NCBI GenBank assembly: GCA_030680695.1
Contig: JAUXUT010000149.1
Location: 602,324 to 649,430, forward strand
Direction: 5' to 3'
DNA length: 47,107 nucleotides
Origin: a bacterium
GTDB taxonomy: Bacteria > Patescibacteriota > Minisyncoccia > Phycocordibacterales > UBA6065
Below, in pieces: positions 1 through 9,758 of the stretch. Each line of letters starts with the position of its first letter. Positions within the stretch are counted from its first letter, which is position 1. Position numbers and translations under genes: made by a program. A model generated the notes under the pieces. The model was not told the DNA's origin. It did no database searches and was given only the letters and a program-made list of their open reading frames with translations.

Positions 1-256
1 GTTCCTTTTCGATATCAGAGAAGTCGAACTCTAGGTCAGTACTCATCATGAGATCTGATTCGATTGAATCAAGGTCATCAGATGAAGACAGTGGTGCGAG
101 CCCAGCTTCGTCATTTTTCGTAATCGCACCACCCCAGAAATATAGGGCCCCGACGATGAGAGCGATTATGATGACACCGATACCAATAATTGGTCCGAAC
201 GATCGGTGTGACGGTGCAACCTGAGTTTCTGGGGTTTGTGTTTGGTTTGGTTCCAT
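1..256 (-). CDS. small single-TM hypothetical protein (runs off the window edge)
   Basis: Manual translation from ATG 256: MEPNQTQTPE...GPIIGIGVIIIALIVGALYFWGG...SSSDDLDSIESDL; hydrophobic helix then acidic tail; not in the ORF track. Confidence 0.75.
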   Translation of the reverse strand, partial: MEPNQTQTPETQVAPSHRSFGPIIGIGVIIIALIVGALYFWGGAITKNDEAGLAPLSSSDDLDSIESDLMMSTDLEFDFSDIEKE

Positions 257-273
257 ATTTTTCTCTATCTATA

Positions 274-888
274 TTAATTTACCTGCGCTGATGAAGTCGC
301 GTTCACAGAAGGAGCGAGACCCGCCTTGATGCTGACGATGACTTCCACAAGGGCGGCATGGGCTGACCTGATGGCTTTGTTTGCATCTTGGGTTGCATTT
401 CTCAACTTCTCGAACGATTCGTTGACGCTTCCAACGGATACCTCGACTGCTGCCACTGCCCGGGCTTCAACACCCGCTGCTTCAATAAGGGTGTTCGCGT
501 TTGCAAGAAGCCTCCTGCTTTCCGTCATGTCTTTACCGGAATCTTCTATTTTATCGAGCCGGGTCGATATTTTCGCAGATATGTCTGCGAGTTTGTTCAC
601 CGCAGCGACAAGTCGATCCGATACCTGTGGTGCACGGGCGGTAATTTTCGCCTCAACACGCACGCGGGTGCTAGTTGCAAGGTCCCTTCTCGCCTCTATC
701 CGGGGCCTTACCTCATCTCGTTTTTCTTCGCGGGATACAGGCATCGCGGGGCGAGCAGCATTCGCCTCAACACGCATTTCCGCCTTGGCATCAAGTCTGA
801 CCCTTGTTTCTTGGGCCGAAGCCGACGCAGCACCAGCAAAGGCTATAGCGAAAGCCATAGCAACTACGAATGTATATTTATTTTTCAT
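274..888 (-). CDS. secreted helical/coiled-coil hypothetical protein
   Basis: Signal peptide MKNKYTFVVAMAFAIAFAGAASASA; TATAAT 6 nt upstream of ATG 888. Confidence 0.8.
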   Translation of the reverse strand: MKNKYTFVVAMAFAIAFAGAASASAQETRVRLDAKAEMRVEANAARPAMPVSREEKRDEVRPRIEARRDLATSTRVRVEAKITARAPQVSDRLVAAVNKLADISAKISTRLDKIEDSGKDMTESRRLLANANTLIEAAGVEARAVAAVEVSVGSVNESFEKLRNATQDANKAIRSAHAALVEVIVSIKAGLAPSVNATSSAQVN

Positions 889-949
889 ATTTTTATTATA
901 TAAGTAAAAAGGACCCATTGCCATGAGTCCTTTTTAAACAAATTATTGT

Positions 950-1489
950 CTAGTTCCTGTTTCGTTTGCCGGCGTGGGCTTCGGCGTACATTTTGACCGA
1001 TCGATCGAAGTCAGCGCGCGCAGTGCTCGCGTCCTTGAATCCTCCAACCTCAACCTTCTTTTTCTGGATTTGTTTGTATGTCGAGAAAAAGTGCTCGATT
1101 TCCTTGAGAGTATGTTTGTTGACGTCTTTGAGGTCAACGACGTGTTCCCAACGAGGATCGTCCACAGGCACTCCGATTACCTTGGCGTCAGAGTCGCCAC
1201 CGTCGGTCATATCCATGACAGCGACTGGTCTCACACGCACCAGAATTCCTGGGGCGAGCGGATACGTTGTAAGGACAACTACATCGAGGGCATCCCCATC
1301 GTCCCAAAGAGTTCGAGGTGCAAACCCGTAGTCAAACGGATAGTCCTGAGATGTATGCATGGCGCGGTCGAGCGCGATGATGCCTGTCTCTTTGTCGATT
1401 TCGTATTTATTTTTTGACCCCTTAGGAATCTCAATAATTACATTGATCTCTTCAGCGGTTCCCGCTGGAATATCGTGAAGGTAATTCAT
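950..1489 (-). CDS. ppa: inorganic pyrophosphatase (family I)
   Basis: IEIPKGSKNKYE, YPFDYGF, DGDALD and DSDAK motifs. Confidence 0.97.
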   Translation of the reverse strand: MNYLHDIPAGTAEEINVIIEIPKGSKNKYEIDKETGIIALDRAMHTSQDYPFDYGFAPRTLWDDGDALDVVVLTTYPLAPGILVRVRPVAVMDMTDGGDSDAKVIGVPVDDPRWEHVVDLKDVNKHTLKEIEHFFSTYKQIQKKKVEVGGFKDASTARADFDRSVKMYAEAHAGKRNRN

Positions 1490-2646
1490 TATTCAGGCGT
1501 TGCTTCGAGGTTTTCGCCGGCTTCTGCAGCGGGGGCCTTAACACCACCCGTAGGGCGGATATCGATTTTCCATCCAGTAAGTTTTGCGGCAAGGCGCACA
1601 TTTTGGCCGCCCTTACCGATTGCGAGAGACTGTTGGTCTTCGGCCACTTCGACAGTCGCGGTCTTTGATTCTTCGTCGAGAGTAATAGAGGCAATGGTTG
1701 CAGGTGAGAGAGAGTCCCCTATGAATTTCTTGGCATCGGCAGACCATTCTATGATGTCTACCTTTTCTCCTCCGAGTTCAGAGGTTACTGTGTTTACACG
1801 TACACCGCGCTGGCCAACGAGTGAGCCGATTGGGTCGATGTGCGAATCGTTTGATGTGACCGCAATTTTTGACCTTGATCCGGCTTCGCGGGCGATTGCT
1901 TTGACCTCAACGGTCTTGTTTGCGATTTCAGGGGCCTCGACTTCAAATAGTTTTTCGAGGAATTTAGGATGCGATCGGGAAAGTTTAAGGAATACGCCAC
2001 GAGGTGACTCTTCGACGCGGAATAGGTATGCGCGAAGACGCTCGCCCTGTTTGAAATGCTCGCTTCGAATTTGTTCCTCGAACGGGAGAACGCCCACGGC
2101 GCGGCCCATGTCGACGAAAATCGCACCACGCTCGATGCGCTGAACTGTTCCAGATACTATGTCTCCTTCACGCTTGCCGAATTCGCCCATGACAGATACC
2201 TTCTCGGCCTCGCGGATTTTCTGAATGATGACCTGTTTTGCGGTCTGGGCTGCGATACGACCAAAATCATCCTTCGGTTCAAGAGGGAAGGTGAGTTCCT
2301 CGTCGAGTTTAGCGTCGCGCCTAATAAGCTTCGCATCATCAATCCAGATGTGATGCTCTGGGTTATATCGAACGCGCAGGTCGCCCTCAGGAAGTTCGGG
2401 CATCTCTTCTTCCTCTGGAAGGTCAATGACCATGGAATCGTCGACGACTTTCTTTACCTGGAGGAATTCTGTCGCACCGTCGTCGAGGTTGAAGGTGGCC
2501 TTCACAACCTGTCCGCGTTTGCCGTATTCTTTCTTATATGCGGTCGCAAGAGCTGCCTCGATGGCTTCGAGTATTTTCTCTTTTGGTATGCCGCGCTCTT
2601 CTTCGAGCTGGCCAAGAACCGAGTGGATTACTTTGAGGTCGAACAT
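1489..2646 (-). CDS. nusA: transcription termination/antitermination factor NusA
   Basis: FGRIAAQTAKQVI, AREAGSRSKIAV and SLAIGKGGQNVRLAAKLTGWKIDI motifs. Confidence 0.98.
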   Translation of the reverse strand: MFDLKVIHSVLGQLEEERGIPKEKILEAIEAALATAYKKEYGKRGQVVKATFNLDDGATEFLQVKKVVDDSMVIDLPEEEEMPELPEGDLRVRYNPEHHIWIDDAKLIRRDAKLDEELTFPLEPKDDFGRIAAQTAKQVIIQKIREAEKVSVMGEFGKREGDIVSGTVQRIERGAIFVDMGRAVGVLPFEEQIRSEHFKQGERLRAYLFRVEESPRGVFLKLSRSHPKFLEKLFEVEAPEIANKTVEVKAIAREAGSRSKIAVTSNDSHIDPIGSLVGQRGVRVNTVTSELGGEKVDIIEWSADAKKFIGDSLSPATIASITLDEESKTATVEVAEDQQSLAIGKGGQNVRLAAKLTGWKIDIRPTGGVKAPAAEAGENLEATPE

Positions 2647-2792
2647 GGTGAATTTGCCTGAATATCTTTTTGCTAAAAAAACGAGTCCGCCTTGCGGCGA
2701 ACTAGTAGACCTATTAATAATACGCCCCTATTTAGGAAAAGTCAATATACCCCTAGCCTGGCACGTTCGGGGTGCTATACTTTAAGGCAAGT

Positions 2793-3479
2793 ATGAAGAA
2801 GAACATCACTTTTGATTTGGCAATGCTTGGTTTGTTTGCGCTCACTGTATCCATTATTCCTGTCGCTTTATATATGAGTGGTGCTTGCGATACGCCGGAA
2901 ATCGCGGTTACAGAAGAAAAGTCGTCTGTGGTCGCGGCAGTGTCGATAGATACGCTTTCGGCTGTCTCTGGTATAGATAAGGTTTTGAATATCGAGTTGG
3001 TTAACCAGGGTGGTAGATCATTTGAAGACGGGGTGGTTCTTATAACTGTGTTCCGAGAGCAAAGGGACAGTTCCTCGGCGGTCACATCGGTCCCATCCGC
3101 AAGATATGTAGCCAAGAATGGCATCGATCTTGCCCCACAATCAACACAGAATCTTACTTATATATGGAGTATTCCATCCACCTTGCCTACAGCGGTTTAT
3201 AGGATAGACGCTCAATTCTTCCATAACGCTGTCCTGTATGAGGACAGCGCCGTTCGCACGTCTGATCCTTTTGGAAATAGCGCGAAGATGTACATATCTG
3301 GTGATGCAGACGCATCGGCTATTTTCACTCCAATCGGATTCGGAGATTTGGGACTCGCCGTTACGAATGGCTCAAATCCATGTCCATACACAGGAAATAT
3401 GTATATCTGGGTAACTCTCACTGGCGTCATGGGACTTATTATGTTTTCGGTAAGCCGTTGGGTACACGGTAGAAATTAA
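2793..3479 (+). CDS. membrane-anchored hypothetical protein
   Basis: ORF with N- and C-terminal hydrophobic segments; TGCTATACT extended -10 upstream. Confidence 0.7.
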   Translation: MKKNITFDLAMLGLFALTVSIIPVALYMSGACDTPEIAVTEEKSSVVAAVSIDTLSAVSGIDKVLNIELVNQGGRSFEDGVVLITVFREQRDSSSAVTSVPSARYVAKNGIDLAPQSTQNLTYIWSIPSTLPTAVYRIDAQFFHNAVLYEDSAVRTSDPFGNSAKMYISGDADASAIFTPIGFGDLGLAVTNGSNPCPYTGNMYIWVTLTGVMGLIMFSVSRWVHGRN

Positions 3480-3498
3480 GGCCATCACAATAAAAGTC

Positions 3499-5295
3499 AT
3501 GAATCGATTCACACTCTCAATCTACATAGCCATCGCATCGCTTGTCTTGCCGTTGGCCGTTTCGGCAAGCAATGACACAGGTAATCCAACAGGCGAAGTC
3601 GACTTGTCCTCGACTTGTCAGCTTGTTACGGGATGGAGCTATGATGCCGATTTCAATCCGGTTAATAAGCCGGGGTGTACGAATATGACCGCCACTAATT
3701 ATGACAAGCAAGCGACGGCGGACAATGGATCTTGCACGTTTACACAAGAACCTTGTGTGTCGCGGTATCGATGGGTAAACATTACGGCGGGCACGGTAAA
3801 TCAGGCACAAGGATGTGCTGCAGTTGGTGCCGTACCAATGTTGCAGAACATACCTGAGAGGGGTTTTTGTGCGAGCGGTGAAAGCAGGCCTAAATCTGGA
3901 TTTGATGTTATAAAGATAAATTACAGTCGAGGTATATGGGGAGGTGGTGGCGGTGGTGGCGGTACAGATATGCCGTATCAGAACGGAGGATACCGATGCT
4001 ATGTACCTGGACAGAAGTGGGACCGAGACAATACGGATGTGACCGTGGCTTACTATTGCGATTTCGGTGAATCGTTCCCATCAAGCTGCCCAGCTGATAA
4101 TCCTCCACCAAGGACTTTCACTGGAACGGGCGGAGGTGATCATGTATATAATGATGCAAGGGTGGATTTAAACTTCGAACCAAGATCTTTTTTCGACTCG
4201 ATTGCACGTCTCATCAGGCCTTTCCATGTTCTCGCAGCTAGTTCAGACAGCAATTCAGTAGAGATATATGACGGGCCAAGGGATACCGACGGAACACTCA
4301 TTGCAACTGTTCCCGCTAATATTTATCGCGAGGATGTGAATATGACGATGAATATAACCGGGAATCATGGGTTTTCATGGTCGGTTCCAGGTGCTTATTC
4401 CAACGGCATGCCTAAAAAGTTTTATTTCTACGGCACTGATTTGGATATGGCTGGTAAAACAAGTGAGCTCAAAAACAGCCCTATGACATTCATTTGTGCT
4501 GGTTCAGACACCTCATCACCAGATACGCCGATCCTCATCTGTCCTGCCAGCGCCGCACCCGGTGAATCAGTAAACATAAACTTCAGCTCCACTGATTCTG
4601 ATGGTGACGATGTTCGTTATCTCATTGATTGGGACGGTAACTCATCTGTGGATCAATATGTACCGTCAACCGGTTATGTTTCAGGAAGCGAGGAACAGTC
4701 TGCTTCCAGGACATGGTCGTCAACCGGCAACAAGGTTGTTCGTGTGAGCGCACAAGATACCCAAGGCAATACTTCTTCGACAGCGTCATGCACGATTTCC
4801 GTTTCGTCCGGAGAGCCCGGCGGATGTGAAGGTGATTGTGGATCTGGCACCAGCGGTCCAACAGGAGGAGATACACAAGTATCAGGGTTCACTATCAATG
4901 GAACGTCAAAAATAGCCGTGCAGTTTCTCGCCAACTTGTCTGCCAAGACACAGGAAGCGAATCTGTCGGTTAATCCAGTTGGCTATACAGCACCAGTAAC
5001 CCTTTCAGTCGGTTCGATAATAAGCGCAAGCGGCACAAGTATTCCAGGAGATGTTGAGGTGACTTATTATTTCGGCGGATCACCTTCTGAGTCTATGGTA
5101 ATGACCTATGACGCCGGTTCGGGACATTATCGAGACCAGAATAATCAGATTGGCACCAAGTTCGCAATAGAATTTTCTAAGAAAATCACACAGAAGTACC
5201 GTGTAACTATCATCGGTACATCTGGACAGAATCAGTCACAATTCACTATCGAGGTTGAGCCGAGCGGCGTCACTCCGGATTTCAGGGAAATTTAG
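3499..5295 (+). CDS. secreted multidomain surface protein (Cys-rich segment, PKD/Ig-like domain)
   Basis: Signal peptide; GCTNMTATNYDKQATADNGSC motif; STDSDGDDVRYLIDWDG PKD-like motif; ends PDFREI. Confidence 0.85.
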   Translation: MNRFTLSIYIAIASLVLPLAVSASNDTGNPTGEVDLSSTCQLVTGWSYDADFNPVNKPGCTNMTATNYDKQATADNGSCTFTQEPCVSRYRWVNITAGTVNQAQGCAAVGAVPMLQNIPERGFCASGESRPKSGFDVIKINYSRGIWGGGGGGGGTDMPYQNGGYRCYVPGQKWDRDNTDVTVAYYCDFGESFPSSCPADNPPPRTFTGTGGGDHVYNDARVDLNFEPRSFFDSIARLIRPFHVLAASSDSNSVEIYDGPRDTDGTLIATVPANIYREDVNMTMNITGNHGFSWSVPGAYSNGMPKKFYFYGTDLDMAGKTSELKNSPMTFICAGSDTSSPDTPILICPASAAPGESVNINFSSTDSDGDDVRYLIDWDGNSSVDQYVPSTGYVSGSEEQSASRTWSSTGNKVVRVSAQDTQGNTSSTASCTISVSSGEPGGCEGDCGSGTSGPTGGDTQVSGFTINGTSKIAVQFLANLSAKTQEANLSVNPVGYTAPVTLSVGSIISASGTSIPGDVEVTYYFGGSPSESMVMTYDAGSGHYRDQNNQIGTKFAIEFSKKITQKYRVTIIGTSGQNQSQFTIEVEPSGVTPDFREI

Positions 5296-5305
5296 TTTTG
5301 GCCAA

Positions 5306-5338
5306 GAAAATGCGCTGTCCACAGGACAGCGCATTTTC
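5306..5338. terminator. GC-rich hairpin / intrinsic terminator
   Basis: gaaaatgcgctgtcc-aca-ggacagcgcattttc, perfect 15-bp arms. Confidence 0.7.
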
Positions 5339-5375
5339 CTTTTGCTGGGCGGATTGATACAATTGTTTCAAGACA

Positions 5376-6608
5376 ATGACAAAATTTCTTATTGCAATTG
5401 TTTTTGGAATCGCGAGCTCTCTTTTCGGGGCGAGCGGCGTTTTTGCTGGCACTGAACACAATATATCTGGTTACGCCTGGTCTTCTAATATCGGCTGGGT
5501 GAGTTTCAATTGTATGAATCATGATCCAGCATCATGCGATGATTCTAATTTTGGTGTGAATCTTGATTCAAATGGATTCATAACGGGCTACGTTTGGTCT
5601 CCTAATATCGGATGGATCCAGTTCGGTAATCTTTCCGATTTTCCTTCAGGTGGTGGAACTCAATCTACCAATGCTCGTGTATCTGGTTCGAGTGTTTTGG
5701 GCTGGGCCCGTGCCCTTTCACACAGTGGAGGCTGGGACGGATGGATATCACTGAGCGGTACCGGTTACGGGGTCGGATACAATGACGGTGTGTTCTCTGG
5801 ATATGCTTGGGGCAGCGATGTAATTGGCTGGCTTTTGTTCGATGTTCAGCAACCAAATCTTGATCTTGATCCGCCATATACGGGTGTTTGCCCTGACTGC
5901 GGAGTTATGATTTCGAGTTCCGGCGGGGTTTATTTCGATGTTCGTTCTGGTGGAGCGGGTGGGTCAAGCATCGCTGGCGATAGTGACGTTCCACACCTCA
6001 CAGCTCCAACGTTCGTGTGGACGCTTTCCAATATGCCTGATGCTACATGCTCATTGAGCAAGACTTCATCAGAAGGTACAGAATTCACAACTGTTAATGG
6101 GATAACGGAATCAGGAAGTGCATCCGGGCCAGCCCTGATTGGTCCGAATTCTTATGATTTCGAATTGGCATGTTCAAACCCTTCAATCACAAAGACAGTT
6201 TCATTTTCTGTCGCTGGAGAGTTTGAAGGGTTCAGCCTTGGAAACGCCGAGATTATGAGAATACAGTTCCTTGGCGGCGGTTCTTCTGAATCTGAACCGA
6301 AGGGCATATTTGTCATGGCTTTAGGAGGATTCTCTGAAGACGTTATTGTTGGCGTAGATACAGACCCTTCAGCTTCTACTTGCCCAGCGGCGAAATATTC
6401 TCTTGGAGGTTCAGAATATACTGAGGATCCTGACACCGTCACTCTTTCAAGCGATTACAGTGCGGGTGCCTTGTTCAGGGTGGAGCTTGCTGGGCCTATA
6501 TCTGGACAGTGTCGCGTGCAAGTTTACGGAACATCGCAAGGCATGACCGTAACCAAGGATTTCATTGTCACCGTACAAGACGCTCAACCGGTATTCGAAG
6601 AAATATAA
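5376..6608 (+). CDS. secreted surface protein with G(Y/W)AWS..IGWI repeats typical of Parcubacteria
   Basis: Signal peptide; repeated GYAWSSNIGWVSF / GYVWSPNIGWIQF / GYAWGSDVIGWLLF; ends PVFEEI. Confidence 0.85.
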   Translation: MTKFLIAIVFGIASSLFGASGVFAGTEHNISGYAWSSNIGWVSFNCMNHDPASCDDSNFGVNLDSNGFITGYVWSPNIGWIQFGNLSDFPSGGGTQSTNARVSGSSVLGWARALSHSGGWDGWISLSGTGYGVGYNDGVFSGYAWGSDVIGWLLFDVQQPNLDLDPPYTGVCPDCGVMISSSGGVYFDVRSGGAGGSSIAGDSDVPHLTAPTFVWTLSNMPDATCSLSKTSSEGTEFTTVNGITESGSASGPALIGPNSYDFELACSNPSITKTVSFSVAGEFEGFSLGNAEIMRIQFLGGGSSESEPKGIFVMALGGFSEDVIVGVDTDPSASTCPAAKYSLGGSEYTEDPDTVTLSSDYSAGALFRVELAGPISGQCRVQVYGTSQGMTVTKDFIVTVQDAQPVFEEI

Positions 6609-6620
6609 TTTTAAAGACCA

Positions 6621-6902
6621 ATGAACAGGAAAAGCATTATCACAGCAGTCATCATTCTTGTCGTAATCTTGGGATTATCGGTATTGATGTCGCAAATATC
6701 GGAACGTCGCGCCAGGGAATTGAGTGAGAAAGAGTTTCTCAATGCCATGGAATCACTGACAGCGCCATCGTTTACTAGTTACGATGACCTTTCAGAAGAG
6801 CAGAAAGAGGCACTTAGACTTCTCACGGCCCCAGAAGAGCCAGCCACCCCCACATCAGAAGACGACTTCCGAGCGGCCATGGAAGGTCTTGATGCTAGGT
6901 GA
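6621..6902 (+). CDS. small single-TM protein
   Basis: N-terminal hydrophobic helix; acidic tail with repeated L..LTAP. Confidence 0.75.
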   Translation: MNRKSIITAVIILVVILGLSVLMSQISERRARELSEKEFLNAMESLTAPSFTSYDDLSEEQKEALRLLTAPEEPATPTSEDDFRAAMEGLDAR

Positions 6903-6951
6903 TTGATGTTGAAGTTGCTGCTATAATTAAATTAATTAACCAAGAACAAGA

Positions 6952-7788
6952 ATGCCGAAGATTTATATATCACTCGCCCTTGCCCTAACACTGCTTATTC
7001 CAGCAGCTGTGCTCGCCCAGTGGACCGGACCTACTCAGGCACCGCCTGGTGGAAACGTCGCTTCACCTATAAATATTTCTGCGACTTCTCAAACAAAGGC
7101 GGGCGGAATCCTGCTTAACACCAACGGTGCAGCATATGGTCTCATTGTCCAGAACGGCAATGTTGGTATAGGTGCTATGACTCCGTCCAAAAAGCTCGAG
7201 GTCAGTGGTGGCGTGAAGGCATCTGAATATTGTCTGGGTGAAAGCTGTGTTACGAGCTGGCCAGATCAAAGCTCTCTTGGTATCGCTGTACGCAGCGGAC
7301 GCATCGTTTGTACGAACAAGACAACGACCTGTACGGAAACAGTGACATTCGCTTCTGGATCGTTCACGAGCACCCCGCACATTCTTGTCTCTCCTGTGAA
7401 TTATTCATATCGAAACTATTGCAGAAGCGACGACTTCGATCTGAAGATCTCGGTAACGAGCAAGTCCGCGAGCGGATTCACGGTGACAACGCCGAACACG
7501 AACCCTAATGCAGGCTGTGGAGGATACCAACTGCTTCAGATGGAATGGATAGCGATAGGAACATCTGATGCCGAATGGCTTGACGGATCGAGTGTTTCCC
7601 AGACGACATCTGGTGTTAATCCAACATCCTCTACATATAATTACACTGACGCCAGCGATCAATGTACAATTGGTGGAAATTACTGGTCGCCTATAACCAA
7701 TAGTTGCTATGGATCAACGGGTAGTGTTCCACCTTGGAATGGTACGGTTAATGATGACTCTGGAGGACAAAATAACGAGACCCCATAA
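6952..7788 (+). CDS. secreted CPR surface/fibre-like protein with possible H-type-lectin-like domain
   Basis: Signal peptide; WTGPTQAPPGGNVASPIN and GNVGIG..P..KLEV.G motifs; FTSTPHILVS...SASGFTV...WIAIG. Confidence 0.8.
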   Translation: MPKIYISLALALTLLIPAAVLAQWTGPTQAPPGGNVASPINISATSQTKAGGILLNTNGAAYGLIVQNGNVGIGAMTPSKKLEVSGGVKASEYCLGESCVTSWPDQSSLGIAVRSGRIVCTNKTTTCTETVTFASGSFTSTPHILVSPVNYSYRNYCRSDDFDLKISVTSKSASGFTVTTPNTNPNAGCGGYQLLQMEWIAIGTSDAEWLDGSSVSQTTSGVNPTSSTYNYTDASDQCTIGGNYWSPITNSCYGSTGSVPPWNGTVNDDSGGQNNETP

Positions 7789-7799
7789 GGAAGGCTGCA

Positions 7800-7842
7800 C
7801 CCAAAGCAAAAGCCGTGCCGAAGGCACGGCTTTTGCTTTGGG
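7800..7842. terminator. bidirectional intrinsic terminator
   Basis: About 20-bp perfect inverted repeat with a GAA loop. Confidence 0.75.
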
Positions 7843-7888
7843 GCCTGTTCGATTATGGGATATAATATCAGTAATAAAATCTCATTAT

Positions 7889-9640
7889 ATGTATATCGAA
7901 GAAGGCCAACTCAAGAACTTCATCGTAGATTCGGGCCTTGTGTCAAAGAAAGACATCGCCGCTGCGGAAGCCGAGGCTCGTTCCAAAAAAACAAGCTTGG
8001 GAGAAGCGCTGGTCAATAAAGGCAGGCTGTCCGAAGACGACCTGCGCAAGACACAGGCTTATATATTGGGCATACCATTCGTTGACCTAAAGGGCCAAAA
8101 GATTGAATTCGAAGTTCTTTCACTTATCCCAGAACCAATTGCAAGGAATCATAATATCGTTGCATTCAAAAAGAACGCAGACAGTCTCGAGGTTGCCATG
8201 CTCGACACCGACGACCTTTCTGCTATCGAGTTCGTAAAAAAGAAGGTCGGTATACGTATCACACCACGCCTTACTGACAGCGAATCGATAAAGTCAGTAT
8301 TGTTGCAGTACCAGAAAAGCCTCAAGGCCGAGTTCGGTGACCTCATAAAACAGGAAACGGCGACGCTCATGGCTCTTTCAGAAGAGATGGGGAACAAGAC
8401 CGCGTCGAGCGCTGACCTCAAAAAGCTCGCCGAAGACCTGCCAGTTATTCGCATTGTCGACACACTTCTTAAACACGCTATCCTTCAAGGTGCATCCGAC
8501 ATCCATATCGAGCCAGGGGAAAAAGAGCTCCATGTGCGCTATCGCATCGACGGACTTTTGCACGATGCAATGGTCCTTCCAAAAGAAGCTGAAACTTCTG
8601 TAACCGCTCGCATCAAAGTGCTTTCAAATCTAAAACTAGACGAGAAGCGCTTGCCACAAGACGGCCGTTTCAAAGTAGAGATGAATAGCGAGAAGGTCTC
8701 GTTGCGCGTTTCTATATTGCCAACTTTTTATGGCGAGAAAACAGTCATGCGACTTTTACGTGAGTCTGTTTCTGGTTTTACGCTCGAATACCTAGGTTTT
8801 CATGGTGCCGCACTTGAACGTATCCATGACGCAACTCGACTTGCGACGGGTATGATATTGGCCACTGGACCGACCGGATCAGGAAAGTCCACAACTCTTT
8901 ATACCGTTCTCGACATTTTGAATACGCCGGACGTTAATATTTCGACCGTCGAAGACCCTGTCGAATACCAAATGCCGCGCGTTAATCAGACGCAGGTTCG
9001 CCCAGACATTGGATTCACCTTCGCGACTGGTCTGCGCAGTCTCGTTCGTCAGGACCCTGACATCATCATGGTGGGAGAAATCCGAGACAATGAAACAGCG
9101 TCACTTGCCGTTAACGCGGCCCTTACCGGTCACCTCGTGCTTTCGACATTGCACACCAACTCTGCTGCTGGATCTATACCACGACTTCTCGACATGAAAA
9201 TCGAGCCGTTCCTGCTCGTCTCGACGCTTTCTGTGGTCATCGGTCAACGCCTCGTCCGCAAGCTTGCCGATTCCAAGGATCGCCGCCCGCTCACCAAAGC
9301 TGAACTCGGCGCGCTCGCCAAGGTTGTGGACCTCGACCGCATGCTAAAAATACTCAAGGACGAGAAGGTCATCGGCCCGAAAGACGATTGGAATAAGGTC
9401 ATGTTCGGCACACCGAAGGCGGCTGAAGGCGAAGATGGATACAAAGGCCGCGTTGGTCTTCACGAAGTGCTCAAAATGTCGCCAGCCATCCGCGAGCTCA
9501 TCATGAAAGGCGCAACATCGTCCGAAATCGAGGCTCAGGCCAAAAAAGAGGGCATGATCACAATGCTCGAAGACGGCATATTCGTGGCTGCACAGGGCCT
9601 TACTACAATCGAGGAGGTGCTCCGAGTTGTTTCCGAATAG
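7889..9640 (+). CDS. pilB: type IV pilus assembly ATPase PilB/GspE
   Basis: ASDIHIEP, RLPQDGR, Walker A GPTGSGKST, RQDPDIIMVGEIRD and GHLVLSTLHTN; start moved to ATG 7889, downstream of the terminator. Confidence 0.96.
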   Translation: MYIEEGQLKNFIVDSGLVSKKDIAAAEAEARSKKTSLGEALVNKGRLSEDDLRKTQAYILGIPFVDLKGQKIEFEVLSLIPEPIARNHNIVAFKKNADSLEVAMLDTDDLSAIEFVKKKVGIRITPRLTDSESIKSVLLQYQKSLKAEFGDLIKQETATLMALSEEMGNKTASSADLKKLAEDLPVIRIVDTLLKHAILQGASDIHIEPGEKELHVRYRIDGLLHDAMVLPKEAETSVTARIKVLSNLKLDEKRLPQDGRFKVEMNSEKVSLRVSILPTFYGEKTVMRLLRESVSGFTLEYLGFHGAALERIHDATRLATGMILATGPTGSGKSTTLYTVLDILNTPDVNISTVEDPVEYQMPRVNQTQVRPDIGFTFATGLRSLVRQDPDIIMVGEIRDNETASLAVNAALTGHLVLSTLHTNSAAGSIPRLLDMKIEPFLLVSTLSVVIGQRLVRKLADSKDRRPLTKAELGALAKVVDLDRMLKILKDEKVIGPKDDWNKVMFGTPKAAEGEDGYKGRVGLHEVLKMSPAIRELIMKGATSSEIEAQAKKEGMITMLEDGIFVAAQGLTTIEEVLRVVSE

Positions 9641-9651
9641 GGACAACCCAC

Positions 9652-9680
9652 TTGCTTTTTGTATCGTTTTGTGATATACT
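9652..9680 (+). promoter_or_regulatory. sigma70 promoter of the PEP-CTERM gene
   Basis: TTGCTT-17 nt-TATACT with extended TG; AAGGAGG Shine-Dalgarno just before ATG 9759. Confidence 0.65.
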
Positions 9681-9758
9681 ATATAGATAAGGCGTATACA
9701 CCGCCTCCATGTTCTTTTCATAAGTAAAAAGATAGTTCAACCCCAAAATAAGGAGGAA

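Noticed and set aside
3938-3963. GGN run as a phase-variable tract
   Set aside because: Mixed Gly codons, not a homopolymer or perfect microsatellite.
7709-7888. N-terminal extension of pilB
   Set aside because: It overlaps the upstream gene and spans a terminator; ATG 7889 fits the family start better.
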